The notes under the pieces are model-generated. The model saw nothing but the letters and a program-made list of their open reading frames with translations. It was not told the DNA's origin and made no database searches. Shown here piece after piece: positions 28,250 through 43,452 of a DNA stretch of 64,000 nucleotides. How positions within the stretch are numbered: the first letter of the stretch is position 1; each line of letters starts with the position of its first letter. The position numbers and the translations under genes were made by a program. The stretch is from NCBI RefSeq assembly GCF_009914755.1, contig NC_060931.1. The stretch is one strand, 5' to 3'. This stretch comes from the human T2T-CHM13v2.0 reference genome, Homo sapiens.

Positions 28250-31200
28250 TCATGAGCCTGGGAATCACTGTTTTACTGAGTACTTTAGCAAATAAAAATT
28301 GACATTTCTGAATTGAACCATTTCCAACTTCCTGGCACATTTTTTCCTAACCTTCCTCTGGGATCTTTTCTATCCTTTGGTATGTAAAGAGTGAGACTTA
28401 ATAACTAAATTATCTGATATCCAAGGTATAAATAAGTATGGGTGCTGGGGGAAGTTGGCTTGATACTTTTTTTAAAGCATGCTAAATTTTGGTTTAAGAT
28501 TGCCATACATTCCTACCATGTTCTATGTACTGTACCAGGTAGTTAATACAGGTTCCCTCCTCCCCTCCTTTAGTCTTTCTAGCAACCCATTGCGGTATAG
28601 AGGTTATAATAAGGCTTATTTTGCATTTGAAGATACCAACTGGATGAAATTAAACAAAGTACCCAAGTCACATATTTAGGATGTGTCTGTGAAAGCCAGA
28701 ATTCAAAACCTTATCATCTTGTGTTTCTGAATCAAAAATCACTGCCCTTTCCACTACTTATTGGTACTATATCTACATTTGATACTCTTTCCATATTTGT
28801 TCAATTTGTTGTTTTATGATATACCATCCTGCTTTGGAAACAGGGAACAGTCAGGGAGTATCCTAATTAGTGCCCCTTTTTGGTACTTTGCCTGCTGATA
28901 ATAATCTCTTGTTTTGTATTGAAAAGAAAAAGACTTTGTACCCAGGCTCTAATAATTACTAGAGCTTTAAGTTTAATCTGAGTATGCTTTTGAAGTCAGA
29001 GTTTTATGAAATACTAAGGGATCTAAGGATCATTCTGCTCCTTTGGTGTCCACTTTGGGCTTCCACAATTTATTCTTTGTGGTTGAATGATTTTTCTCCT
29101 AATTTGTATATTTTCCTTGTAGAGTTCTCAGCCATGCTTCCTTTATTTCCTATATTTTTTATATTGTCTTTCCAGTAGGCTTTATCTCTTTATTTTATTT
29201 TTTTAAGAGCAGATTTAACCTTAACCTTTCCCCTCTCTTCTTAACAGATCTTAGTGTTTCTAGTGTTAGGCATACAATGAGTACTTAGTCTTTTGACTTA
29301 GTTCTAACTCTGTAATACCAAGATGGATACTAAACTCTGTAATAATTTTGAATCACAGTCTCTTAAGTGTCACATACCAAAACTAATTATTTCAGGACTT
29401 TCACCTTATATTATTTTTACTTTGATGCTATTCATTCATTCAGTAAATACTTTTGGTTCTAGTGGATGCGAGGGACTATCAGGGATGGAGAGGCATGGTG
29501 AATAAAACATAATGGCAGTTCTTATGGAATTGTCATGTGAATATGGTGATACTTTCAAACATTTTGGTCCTCTTGATGGTAATTGACATATTGCTAATCT
29601 AGAACTACAGTTTAACATAGTTTCTTGCTTTTATGATGGTTCAGTTTAGTTAAACAGATATTTTTGGAGCACTAACATATAAGAGACTGTGCTCAATGCT
29701 ATGAGCTAGATAATGAAAAGAAAATAAACATCTTTAAGGACTTAAGATATAAGGACATTTAGGGCAGGGTTATTTTACTTGGAGTATTTGGCTGATGGGG
29801 CTGGGTGAGAGGGAGTACTATGTTCATTTAGCAGACATACACTGAGGAGTTCTTTTGGATATCTTGTTTATGAATTTATACTTAATTCTGGAGGTACTGG
29901 AGTATCTTGGAAGTTTTTGAGTGGGTTGATAACATGATTGCATTTGTATATTAAGATGAATATTTTGGTATATTTGTATGTATGACTTTTACTAAACGTG
30001 GTATTTTAACTACTTCCCTTAGAAGAAACCAAGGACATTTAAGAGATCAAACAATGGCTAAATGGCACATTGAAGTCTGTGATAGGAATGGACAGTTCAG
30101 GAAATTTAGTGTTGTAACTATCCCTAATTCATTTTGATTTGCCTTTTAAAACCATGTAAGTTTAAATCATGTTGAAACTCAGCTGATAATTTCCTGGCTT
30201 TAGTTGTTTTTTTTTTTTTCCACAACATTAATTAATTGGTCACAGTGAGTTCAGTGTAAACTAAGGTTTTTTTCTTGTTTCTTCTTTTGAGATGCTAATG
30301 ATTTAAGATTAAGAGAGTTGATAATATGTAAAAAGCAAATATTTAGCTTTTGAAGTTAACGCTTTATGGGACTGATATTATTGCAAGTGAGGAATATTTA
30401 TACAAAATAAAGTATTTAATTTTTTTTGTTTTTAAATATTTTTGGGAGTATTCTCTGGGGTCTTATCATGATTGGCTATTACCTTGAGTAGTTTACCTTA
30501 GTTTGAAACTGGTTATATTTTTAAAATTTATGCCTCAACGTTATACTCATTCTTTAATAATTTTTCTTTTGGATACAGGAGAAGAAAGGAATGCTAAAGT
30601 ACACGGGTTCTTCTGTATGATGTTGTCTGTCTTGTCTTTCTTAGGGAGTCATCCTGTAAGAAAATATCAATATTGGGGTGGGGGAAGGGAGAGAGAGAAT
30701 ACGAATGTGAATATGTGTGTGTGTTGGGGTGAGGGTGTGCAGACAGAGACAGCTCATTCCCCATTCCCAGATTCTGACACACTCACAATATTCTTCTTTA
30801 GAGAGTTCAATAGTTAGCATGTTAAGGAAATTGCTATTTTGAGGAAAGTTAACTTAAAATAGTCAGAAAATCATTTGAACAGCCAACAGTTCCCACAGAC
30901 CTAAGTTCCGAGAGACTTCTCATATTTTTTAAAGTCTTAAAACCCCCCCATTTTTGGCAAAAAAGATGAATTTCTGAGTGTATATGTATGTGTGTGTGTG
31001 TGCATGCAGTCTTTCTCATGTTAAATTTTATCCATTTTTCTCTGAAAGAATTTTTTCCCTTGATTTTTAAGTTTTTCAATTTTAAGTTTGGTCTATAAGG
31101 AATAGAATAACCCAGTAATATCAATTACTTAACATTTAGTGAATGCTTGCTAGGTACTAGGCAGTATGTATTTTAATTATATTTAATCCTTATTGCAGTA

Positions 31201-33136
31201 TCATGTAATATTCTCTTCTTACCATTACTTTACAGTTGAGGAAACTGATAGAGCTCCCAGGGGTCTGGGATAAGGATGCAGCAAACTTGTCCTCAAGTTG
31301 TGGCTCTGCCATCAGTTCTGATGAACATGTCATCTTCATCACCAGTGTCTCTCTGCACCCAGTCCCTCCCCTCCCAACACCTTCCACCCACCTCTTTTTA
31401 AATCCATGTCTCGATGCATGGTGTTCCATCTGCTTTTGCTTCTCTAATTGCTTGGGAAACTCTTTCTCAACCTGCAAGACCCAGTGTTCTGAAGCTTTTA
31501 ATCATCCTTCCATAGCCTTTTAAATTACTTTAATATATCTCTGTTCTTACATTGTTGTACTATTTAATTAACTCCCATGTTCACCCAACTTTCTGAGAGT
31601 AGCGACTGTGTCTCTCCTAGCACATACTAGGTGTACAATGAATGTGCATGGAATTTGTTGAATGAATATGAGTTATGGAAAATGTTATCAAAACTTTCAT
31701 GATCGTTCCATCTGACAAAATAATTCACCCAATATTTTGTGGATGCAAGCAATAATATAATGTTTAGGGCCTTCTTTTAAACTCTAAAATTGCATTCATA
31801 TTGAACCTATCACATATAATGCTAATTTAATCAATGGTTGTAATTTTCTTATATTATGTTATTAACCTTGTTCACAGTTTAGGGGAAAAGATTGTGATAA
31901 ATAGCTTGACAGAACACCTAGTAATGGTCTTTGTGAGGCAATTAAAATTTGCTATTAAAATTAGACACATTAAAATGTCAAAAGACAAGTTCATAGGAGA
32001 AGTTAATATGTAGACTTAAATTTTATTTTCTTGTATCTTAAAGCAATTAGTCTCATGAGGCTATTTATTGGAGTAACACTTGAATTATAGTTGAGAATTT
32101 GTGTAACTTTCCCTGGTACATCATTTAAAATATTAGCTATTCAGCTCAACATATGCATTCTATTTATTCATTTCTTCTGTTTACTTCAGGTTTTAAAATG
32201 TATTTATTTATGCCTAAGGTTTTAAACTTAGAATCTAATTGGATATTGCATTATTATTAGGCACTAATTATCTTTAGAATGTTCAAACAATAACAGAATA
32301 TGAGGGAGAGAGTAATAAGAAAGAAGCTAGCTATTCTTTCATCTAATTACCAATTATTAGTTACTAAGCATAGCCAAATAGTAGCATGATCTCAAAACTA
32401 TGATAGTAGTTTTATTTGCATGATGATATGAGTGAAAAGTACAAAAATGATATTTAATGGCAAATTTACAATCCAGCAACCTCTAGATATCCATCTGCTA
32501 TTTGTTTTTAAGGCAGTATCTGTTGGAATCCTACTCTGAATATTTTTATGTCTTTGTTCATAGCAAACATGTTGTATCATTTTTGAGGTAGGTTTGCAAT
32601 AAAGATTAATGTGTTAGTGTTTCAGTCTTTCTGTAACAATAACAAATTTTTTTTCCGTGCATGCGTAAAATGAACAAAATGAGCGGAAGTTCCACAGACT
32701 TTTGGACTCTTCTGTTCTTATGCATCAGTCTCTTGATGTTTCCTGTCTGCCTTTTTGACTACCTATACAGCTGTTTTTTGTGTGTTTTTCAGACTTGGAG
32801 AAAGACCAAATATTTTTGACAGCTGCATGCTGAACTGCATATATGCTTGGCCATAGGTCACGTTTGCATTTCTTCACTTGTATTTTTACTCAATGTGTAA
32901 AAGAAATATGAGCATAGAGAGATTCAAAAAACATGTAGCATGCTGAGTAATGGTAGTTTTCTTTCATGTTTGCTACACCACTTACTCTGCTGTATATATT
33001 CCACAGGAAGAGAAAGACAGAGAAATGGAGGACATGGCATTCAGGACTGCCCTCCATGAGGCCCTTGTTGCCATAATAATGAAGGATGGAACATGCTCTG
33101 GGTCATGCATGGTAGAAAGAACTTCTGGGCATGGGG

Positions 33137-33218
33137 ACACACACACACACACACACACACACGCGTACACTCCTACACTTCATGAATAGATTGTAATTTT
33201 CATGAATAGATTATAATT
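33137..33218. repeat. (CA)n microsatellite followed by a 20-bp tandem duplication
   Basis: (AC)n at 33137-33162; ttcatgaatagattRtaatt twice at 33179-33218. Confidence 0.85.
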
Positions 33219-34009
33219 TAATAGAGAAGACTGTTAAATTTAGCAGTATGATTAACATTTAGTTGATTACCAGTTTATGCATCATGTTAAAGCTTTGACT
33301 ATATGATATTTTAATGCCAGAAAATGAGACATACTATTGAATAAATGTTCATGACATGAAGCTGCCATAATGGAACTTTTCTGCCTCTACCCCCCATCCC
33401 CACAGGCATGAATTTTTTTTTTTGCCTTTGAAAATGAAAAATAATTGATTTTTAAAATCCTCTCAAATTGATCTTGGTCAGTTCTTTCTCAATTTGTTTC
33501 CAGATCTTACAAGTAATATTTCAAATCACAACAGTTGTTTTTCTCTTATTGTGCTCAAAATGACTAGAATAAAATCCAGATTTTAAATTCTGTTGAAATC
33601 TCCTAGTTTTTTTCCGATTTAAAAATTATTTTTTCCTGTATGGTTTAAGCATAATTTTTGAGGAGTCATTGTTAAGATATTGTCATCTTTTCAATTTGTG
33701 CTTTTATGTTTCATGCTCTGTTGGTGAAACATGATCCATTGCACTGTGGATCAAGTATAATTGCCTCTGCATCTTTTTCTGTGTTCCTTTTCTGTCCAAT
33801 AATTTCCCTCTACTTTTACCTTTGACTGCTATTCACTCTGCCAATCTTTTGCAGTCCAGGGTGCATCGTATCTGTCATGAAATCTTTCCTGGAAATTTTA
33901 TTGTAATGCAGTTCTTTGATTTTCTGCAGTGTTTAGTCTGTTTTACACCACTTAGATTTTGTATGTTAATGCATATTATTTTAATAAATGGATATAAATT
34001 TTCCTTCCC

Positions 34010-34260
34010 AGGGTTTCAGTGTGTTATAATGGAGCCAGATGGATTCCTATTTGAATATTTGTTGTCACTTTCTAATTCTTTGACATTAGACAAATTGTTT
34101 AAGTTCTGCAGGTTTCAGTCTTCTCGTGTATAAAATGGGACTATTGTCTCTTTTTTAGAGTTACTAAAAATTATAACTAATAATGCTGTTTAAATGTTTA
34201 ACAGAAGGCCAGAAATGTAACAGGTGCTCAGTAAATGGCTGTAGTAGTTAATATTGCTGT
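34010..34260. mobile_element. MIR
   Basis: tttcagtcttctcgtgtataaaatgggact...gtgctcagtaaatgg. Confidence 0.7.
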
Positions 34261-35832
34261 TGTTCCATATTTCTTACAGCTCCTGATATAATACTGAGCA
34301 TGTGGTAAAGACTCTTTGAGTATGGTTCATGGCAAGGTCATTTAAATAGCTTCTGAAATCCCATTGCTTTTGTGAAGGCTTCCTGTTGGCTCTGTTCTGT
34401 CAGAATGACAAAACTTTCATGGCTTTTTCTGGACTGTTCTTTCTATTCCCATTATCTGTAAGGGGAGCCTTTGGTATGTATTCTGAAGTGGTTTCCAAAA
34501 CAGTGATTTGAAGGATTTATTTATTTATTTTTGAGTAATGTTTTGGATCAATCTCTACATATTTCTAAACATCAGTAGCCAAGATTGTAATAAATAAAGC
34601 ATTTTTCACATACTTTGTATGCAGAGTGAAACACATGGAATAAAATCTCAGCCAATCTGAGGTACAGATGAATAAATTATTTTGCCTAGCTTACTTCAGC
34701 TCAACAGACATTTATTAATGTATCTCCTATGTGCCAGGCATTTTATAGTTGCTGGATTTACAAAGATGAGTAAGATATGGTTTCTGCCTTTGAGTTAGTC
34801 CAGGGCAAATGAGAGACACAAAAACAGATCATTTCAATAGATGACGTGTTCTAAGATGGAGGTGGGACAGGGGCTCTGTGGGATCTCAGATGGTGGGTGA
34901 TTGAAGCGGAATGAGAAGACTTATGGAAAGATGTGAGTCTTAGCTTGTGATGTCTCTCAGAGGAAAAATGCGCTGATCTACTTGATTCAGGGACAGAGAC
35001 CTGACTCAAAGTGACTTCAGTATCTACAGGAATGAATTGCCTGCAGAGTTCAGAGGAAGATTTGGCTCCAGGTGAGGCTTGATGCACTGGCTCAAACAGT
35101 GTCTACCATGGCTCTCTCTTAACTGCTTTTGGAAAAGCCAAATGGCCTCTGTGATTCCATACCGTATGCTCCTCACGCATTACTCACCAGGGAAGAGTAA
35201 CTTTTCCTCTAGTTCCAGCTCAAATTAGGGAGTTCATTTTTCTCTCATTGGCTGTAAATTATCCCTGAACCAATCACTGTGACTACTGGGGTACTAATTG
35301 GTTTACATAAGTCAGGGCCTTGCCTCAAGCTTAGAGTGAGGTCAGTCTCACCCAAACCTTATGGCTGAGCATGAGGAGAGGGGAATGGATAACTAGGGGG
35401 AAGCTAGCAAATGTTTGCTAGATGAGGGGGAGAAAAGTTAAAGGATCTTTGGAGGAAAGAAAATTGTGTAAACAAAAGCAAGGAAGCATGCATCATCATG
35501 ATGTGTGTGGGAAATAGCAAGCAGTTAAACATTAATACAACATGTAGTATAAGAGTTAGAAAATAATTATAGAAATAATAATGTGTTTGGGTATTTTCCA
35601 CTGCTAGGTCTAGTTTCCATACATTATTTTATTTAATTCTCACAAGTTACTGAAGTAGTTACTCCATCTTGCAGATAAGGAAACTTGAGTCTAAGCTCAC
35701 AGCTAATAATTGGTGGAGCTGGACTCAAACCTAGATTATTTGGCTTTAGAGGCAGCCACTTGGACTTGAATATATTAAGTGTTCTCCTCTATGTTGCTAG
35801 AGTTTCAGGAAATAGGACCTGTTCTACTATGC

Positions 35833-36245
35833 TATATTAGGCTGTTCTCGCATTGCTATAAAGAAATACCCATGACTGGTAATTTATAATTGGCTCACAG
35901 TTCTGCAGGCTGTACAGGAAGCATGATGCTGGCATCTGCTTGGCTTCTGGGGAGGCCTCAGGAAACTTACAATCACGGTGGAAGGCAAAGGAGGAGCACA
36001 CATGTCACATAGTGAGAGCAGGAGCAAGAGAGGGAGGGGGGAGGTGCTACACACTTTTAAACAACAAGATGTCGTGATAAATCACTCACTATCATAAGAA
36101 CAGTACCAAGGGGATGGTGCTAAGCCATTCATGAAGGACCACCCTCGTGATCCAATTACCTCCCTCCCTCCAGGCTCCACCTCCAACATTGGAGATTACA
36201 ATTTGACATGAGATTTGGACAGGGACACAGATCCAAACCATATCA
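35833..36245 (-). mobile_element. Solo MSTA-type MaLR LTR
   Basis: tatattaggctgttctcgcattgctataaag...gatccaaaccatatca; perfect 5-bp TSD tatgc (35828-35832 / 36246-36250). Confidence 0.9.
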
Positions 36246-36319
36246 TATGCTAACAGGCCAGGTTTTCTCTGGGGCTCAAGCTTTCTTCAGGCCTTACTTT
36301 TTCATCCTATCATGCTAAG

Positions 36320-36510
36320 GTAGTGGTTCTGAAACTTTAGCATGCACCGTAGTAGTCTCTAGGCTTGTTAAAACCTAGCATTTCTGGGCTCTGTGACCAG
36401 AGTTTCTCATATGGTAGGCCTAGATTGGTATCTTAGAATTGGCATTTCTGAGAAGTTCCTAGGTGATGCAAATGGTGCTGGTCTGGGGGCCACATTTTGA
36501 AGACCACTTC
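36320..36510. mobile_element. MER5A-like hAT element
   Basis: agtggttctgaaacttt...aagttcctaggtgatgc...ccacattttgaagaccact. Confidence 0.75.
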
Positions 36511-37240
36511 TTTGAGGTCTTTGGGAGACTGAAGATTTGTGGTTCGATGATACCACATATTGAAATGAACACAAATTTTATTGGTACTTCTGCTTGCAAG
36601 TACACATGTTCTGAGCTTACAGTCTTCAATAACACAGATATCAAGAGTATTATTTTGGTTACCATAATATCTTCCACCGCAGGTCAAGGTCATTGCATAA
36701 ATATTTCATATCTTAATAGAAAATATATCGACATTTGTATTTACATACAAAATGTATATATTTAGACTTAATTTTTTTATATTTTTGTTGTGAAAAAGTA
36801 TATAGAAAAAGTAAAATGAAAACCCATATTTCTACCACATCAAGTTGTAAATATATATGTATTTATACACTTTTTTTGATGAACCATTTGAAAGTGAGTT
36901 ACACATCTTGCACCACTTTACCATAAATACGTCAGCACACATCTCCCAATGAGAATATTCTCTTACATTTCACAACGCCATGATCACTTAAGAAAATTAG
37001 CAATAATTCCTTAATGTTATCTAACATGCAGTCATATTCAAATTCCCCCAATTGTCCCAATATCTTTCCTATACCTGTTATTTTTGGTACCAGGGTTCAG
37101 TTAAGTGAAACTAAATTTTAAGAGACAGCAATGCTGGATGGATCTTTAGGCTCAGATTAGGTTCTGTGTTATTTAAGATCTGGGTTTGGTTGCTTTAACA
37201 AAGACTAGACTTAATGATGGCTTAAATAAGAAAGATGTTT

Positions 37241-37623
<383 letters not shown>

Positions 37624-38269
37624 TCATCTCTGAGGCCAAGACAACTGCTCCAGCCTTACCATGATGCTACAAAGAGGGGAGGGAAGTGTATAGTTGGTCC
37701 ATGTAAGGGCATGTCTGCAAGTTGTATGTATAACCTCTGCTCCTATCTTGTTGAGAAGAACATAATAATATGATGCGTCTGTAAATAGAGGACTGTAAGT
37801 GGAAGCTTTATTTTGGATGGCCATGTGTCTAGTGATAATTCATGATTCTACTACTAAAGAAAGAATGGCTGTTGGGGGCAGCAGTTAGCATCTCTGCCAA
37901 AAGTTCTTTTTTGCAAAAAAAGAGCTATACCAAACTATATTAAATCCACTTAACAATGATATTTCTCTTTTTGAGATATATAGGGCTCATAATTGCTCCT
38001 ATGCTAACTGAGCCCAGACAGATGTTCTTTTTTGGATTATTTGATATGTGTTTTATAGATGTTCTCTTTTATTTTTGTTAGGGCATTAGCTGTCATTTCT
38101 CACAGCTGACAGTGTCTTCACCCCCTTTCTAATTTACCACTTTCTTTTTTTCTGGGCTAGGGAAGCAGGTAATAATAACCCTCTTAATAATGCTATAATT
38201 TATTCTGTGTCTTATGTGTGCTATACCATGTTAGGGACTTTGACATCTTTCCTCTAACTTTGGAACTCT

Positions 38270-39370
38270 TTTTCAGCATTATTGAGATATGATTGATAAA
38301 TAAAAATTATATATCTTCAAGGTGTGTACAATGTGATGTTCTGATATACATATACATTGTGTAATGATTACCAGAATCAAGCTAATTAATATTAGTATGG
38401 ATCACTTCTCATAATTATCTTCTTTTTTGTGATGAGAACAAAGATCTATTCTCTTAGCAAATTTCAAGTGTCCATTATTATTCACTGTAATCACTGTGCT
38501 GTGCATTAGGTCTCCAGAACTTACTCATATTATAACTGCAAGTGTATATCATTTGACCAATATTTCCTTGCTTTCCCCATCCCTGACCCCTGGTAAGCAC
38601 CCTGCTACTCTCTGTTTCTATGAATTTGACTTTTAAAAAATATTACACGTATGAGTGAGATCATGTAGTGTTTGTCTTTTGTTGTCTGGCTTATTTCATT
38701 TAGCATGATGTTCTCTAGGTTCATCCATGTTGTTGTAAATGGTAGGATTTCTTTCTTTTTTTCTAACATGTGAGGTGATATCTCATTGTGGTTTTGATTT
38801 ACATTTCCCTGATAATTAGCAATGTTGAGCACCTTTTCATATACCTGTTGGCGATTTGTATGTCTTATTTGGAAAAATGTCTATTTTAGTCCTTTGCCCA
38901 TTTTTGAATTGGTTTATTTGTTTTTTGTTATTGAGTTGTGTGAGCTTCTTATATCTTTTAGAGACTAATTGCTTATCAGATATATGATTTGCAAATATTT
39001 TCTCCCATTATGTGTTTTTTTGTTGATTGTTTTCTTTGCTGTGCAGAAAATTTTTAGTTTGATGTAGTCCTCCCCTCTATTTTTTGTTTTGTTGCTTGTG
39101 CTTTTTGTGTCCTATCCAAAAAATCATTGCCAATACCAATGCCATGAAGCTTTTTACCATATGTTTACCTTCTGGAAGTTTTACAGCTTCAGATCTTTGG
39201 TTTAAATCTTTAATCTACTTTGAGTGGATTTTGGTTGTATAGTGTAAGATAAGGATCTTTTTTTTTTTTTTTTTGCATGTGGATATCCAGTTTTCCCAGC
39301 ACCACTTATTGAAGAGACTGTTCTTTCACCATTGTGTATTCTTGGCGCCTTTGCTGAAGATTAGCTGATA
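38270..39370 (-). mobile_element. L1MA-type 3' fragment
   Basis: Antisense L1 3'UTR and ORF2 (ORF 38605..38832 ILPFTTTWMNLENIMLNEISQ). Confidence 0.8.
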
Positions 39371-39786
39371 ACCTTGGAGCTCTTATACAAATATACTCAT
39401 TTTACAAATGAGAAGGCTGAAGCTACAGGAATATCAGTAACTTGTTTATAAAAACGACAATTCTTAGAACCATAATTAAAATAAGAATTGATGCCCTTAG
39501 TGGGACCTGGGAATCCTACCTTTGAAAATTTGCATGATTTTTATTACAAAGACCTTGCAGCATTTATTTTAACTACTTAGAGGCATTTTTATACTTACTC
39601 ATTTTTGCTGATTGCAGACAGGTAGGTTTGCCAGATAGCTAGATGAGATTCTTTTTGTCTGATTGTGTCTCTGTGAATACATGTGTACAGCATGCATATA
39701 CATACAACATGCATATAAACTCACATCTTTTTTGGAAACTTTTAATAGCATAGTGGATAAGGATAACATTAAAAAAACAAAGCTTA

Positions 39787-40149
<363 letters not shown>

Positions 40150-40807
40150 TTATAAAAGAATCTGAGTATTGAGAGAATACTTTTCAAACAGCATTAATAT
40201 AAACAATTTTTATCTCTCTAAAAGAGATTCCTGAATGGTTCAGATGTATGTTTAGTGAACATTCATTCACAGACAATACTTATCCTAGAACATCTTTCAG
40301 GCTATTTAAGGTTGATAAATCTATTGTATCAGTTGAGGTGGGTTAGAGTATAATGCAGTAATAAGCACTCCAAAACTCAGTTTGTTCTCTCTCTTTTTTT
40401 CTTTTTTTTTAGCCTCTTTTGGTGATATGTTTTCTTTTTAAAAGTTGCTTAGCTGTATGATTGTCCTTAGTCAGATACAAGAAGAGTATCATCTATTTCT
40501 ATGCAATTTGATTTCTTTTTGAGCACTCTTTAAAATCTAAGTATGCTATTTAAGATTGTCACTGATATTCAAGGTAATAAAGAATAGTTACTATAGTACT
40601 TACTGTATATGGTGTATGAGCTAGAGATGACAAGGTACAAGATTGGCCTTTTATTTATTCCCTTAATGAGTAGCTTAATTTTCCTCTAACATAATTTTTC
40701 CCTATGTAATACATTATAGGATACACTAATCACACTAGCAGGACATGAAAGGTTATAGCCACTAGATCTTTCTCAGATTAGGGATACTAATGTATCTATG
40801 TTTTCTA

Positions 40808-40866
40808 TGTATCAGTTTTCTATGATAAACTGTATCAGTTTTCTATGATAAACTGTATCATAGAAA
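40808..40866. repeat. 23-bp tandem duplication ending in a perfect 11-bp hairpin
   Basis: tgtatcagttttctatgataaac twice; tttctatgata-aactg-tatcatagaaa. Confidence 0.85.
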
Positions 40867-41146
40867 TCATCATCATTACCATCATCTCAGTAAATTTTAA
40901 GAACTGTGAATATTGTGCTTAATACTGGTAGACTAATAGTAGAAGACACCTCAGAATTAGTTTATAGTTGAGGGCAATTAGGGATTGGTATTTTTCACTA
41001 TTAGTAATTTTCACACCGAATGCTGCTTAATGCTATGATTTATGTAAAATTGGTGCCTAAGACATACATGTTGTAGATAGTGATTAATAAAAATATTATA
41101 TTTATAAAAAGAATAGATTATCTAATTTTCTCTAATTCTTCTTTAG

Positions 41147-41321
41147 GTCGAGATTTAATTTGCATCCAGTCTATGGATGGGATGCTGATGGTATTTGAGC
41201 AGGAGAGCTATGCTTTTGGAAGATTTCTCCCTGGCTTTCTTCTGCCTGGTCCTCTTGCCTACAGTTCCCGTACAGATTCCTTCCTTACTGTCTCTTCCTG
41301 CCAACAAGTGGAAAGTTATAA
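41147..41321 (+). CDS. BBS9: BBS9/PTHB1 internal coding exon (probably exon 6), 175 nt, phase 1 to phase 2
   Basis: Acceptor ttctttag|GT at 41145-41146 and donor AA|gtaagt at 41322. Translates (G)RDLICIQSMDGMLMVFEQESYAFGRFLPGFLLPGPLAYSSRTDSFLTVSSCQQVESY(K), recognised as BBS9. Confidence 0.96.
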
Positions 41322-43227
41322 GTAAGTTTGGATGTTAAGTCTTCAGAATCATGATTTTTTGGTGCGTTTGTTGCTGACTAATTTTTGTCCACAAAGAGCT
41401 TCAATATCACAAATGAAAAAGAGATCGGTTTCTTTGAAAATATGTGATTGTGGTGACTTAGACTATATCATTTACTATTGTAAAATATTTGAAAGGCAAT
41501 ATAGTGCAGTGGTTTGGGAGGCAGACCTGGATTGGAATCCTGATTTTACCACTCCAGATGTTTGATGGTCCTTATCCTGGCTCTAAAGGAGGTAATATAG
41601 CTCATTTTGACAAGTTTATTATAAGGATTAAATGTATGTCCAGTTACTACCCTGTAGAAAATGCTCAATAATTATTGTGATTGTTCCTTGATATAATAAA
41701 TAATTAAATACGATGTTGAGTGAAAAAAGCCAAATTGAAGATTTAGCTGTGGAATTCTTTTATAAGAAAAAAGAATATGTGTGATATAGGAAAAATACTG
41801 GCATGAACTGTTAATATGAATGTCAATACTTTTTTAGAAGAACAATTCATAGTATAAGTGAAGTATGAAAATGACCCTAGGCAAATAGTTTATACTTATT
41901 CGCTAGAAATTCTTATTGGTCTTGGTAAATTGTGTATGAGAGAGACTGTTTTCTTCTCCACCAGCTAGATTTAAATAAAAGTCAAGGTTTTGAGTTTTTG
42001 GAGAGTATGTTTTTTATTGGCAGAGAGAATGGGGAAAAGAGTAGAAATTCATGCTGGGAAAAGAAATAGCCTTGGAGGTTTTCAGTGCCTTTAGTAACTT
42101 TATTGTGTTGTCTTACTGGTGGCAACATTTGGAAGTTTAAACATCTAAGCAACACATCATCATGGCTTTTCAACATTATTTTTGGCCACATCATTATTCC
42201 CAAGATGGGAAGAAGATATAAATTCATCAGGCAACAGATGTAAATTTTTGTCTTCATGTTTCAATGTTGTGTATATAACAAGTTAATGCAGCTTTCTCAT
42301 CATAAGTAGCCATTTGCTTTTTGTAAATCATTGTCAAGGCATCTAGGGTTAAAACTCTGAAAATAAGTGAATGTTTGTGAGTAAGCAGAATTTAACCGAT
42401 TTAGGAAGTGTATCATCATGTAATATTCCTTCTGTAATTCTTATGGCTCTTATCCAAAGGAGATGATTGAATGGTGGCATTGCTATTGGTAATAAATAAA
42501 ATATTATATTTATTTGGAGAGGTTGGGAAAAATATCTGTATAGTTTACTCAAGCCTGCCAAACTTGAGCAATATTAGGACATCTGCTTTTTAGCTTTCCA
42601 CCCAGCTCTGTGCCTCACCTCCTGCCAAGTAGTGCTATGCTAGAGCCACAGTACAAATATTTAAACACCCAGTTACTTACTCTTTGAAATATGTGCATAG
42701 GAATTAATTTGATAATAACTCTGGGAGTGATTGGATAGAGAAGTAATGTGTAGATTTCCTTAATGTGTGAGTTTAATCTAACAGAAGCTCACATTGTTTT
42801 AACTGTGGTAAGTCTCCAACATACCAATCTATTAAATTCATCTTTGTCTTAGACTAAAAAATGTACACGTTATGCATTATGTGGCTCATTTATAATGGTA
42901 AAAATGCATGAGATACGAGATTATTGTGAAATGATGACAATCAAGAAGGTTTACAACATTAAGTCGTATGTTGTACTTATATATGCTTTCAACTTTAATA
43001 GATTATATTAAATGATAATCACTGCTGCATTTTTGGATTTTGGAGAAAGCATGAAAACTATGTTTGTTCTTTTGAGGCTTTATTAAATCTGTCTATATTC
43101 AGTTAATATAATATAATCAATTAATAGAATAGGCTTTTAACACATAACTCATTTTCATTTTTGATATTGATACCTTTAGTTTCTTTAAACCCTGCTTAAT
43201 TATGTTTAAATAAAAACCAGTGAAGGC

Positions 43228-43415
43228 TAGGGATCTCAAACTTCAGTGTACGTAGGAGTCACCTGGACAGCCTGTTATAAAATGCACTTTTACAGATGCT
43301 AGTCCCCAGTCCCCTAGATTTCTTTTAATAGGTTAGGGGATAAGACCCAGAAATCATCATTGTAAATTTTTACTCCAGATCAATCTAATTCAGGGGCACA
43401 CTTTGAGCACCATTT
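43228..43415. mobile_element. MER5-like hAT fragment
   Basis: tctcaaacttcagtgtacgtaggagtcacctgg...cacactttgagcacca. Confidence 0.65.
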
Positions 43416-43452
43416 TTCTTTTTGAAGTAAGAGAATTGTTTGCCCTGAGACA

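Noticed and set aside
41080-41146. N-terminal part of ORF 41080..41325
   Set aside because: Intronic read-through upstream of the acceptor; coding sequence starts at 41147.
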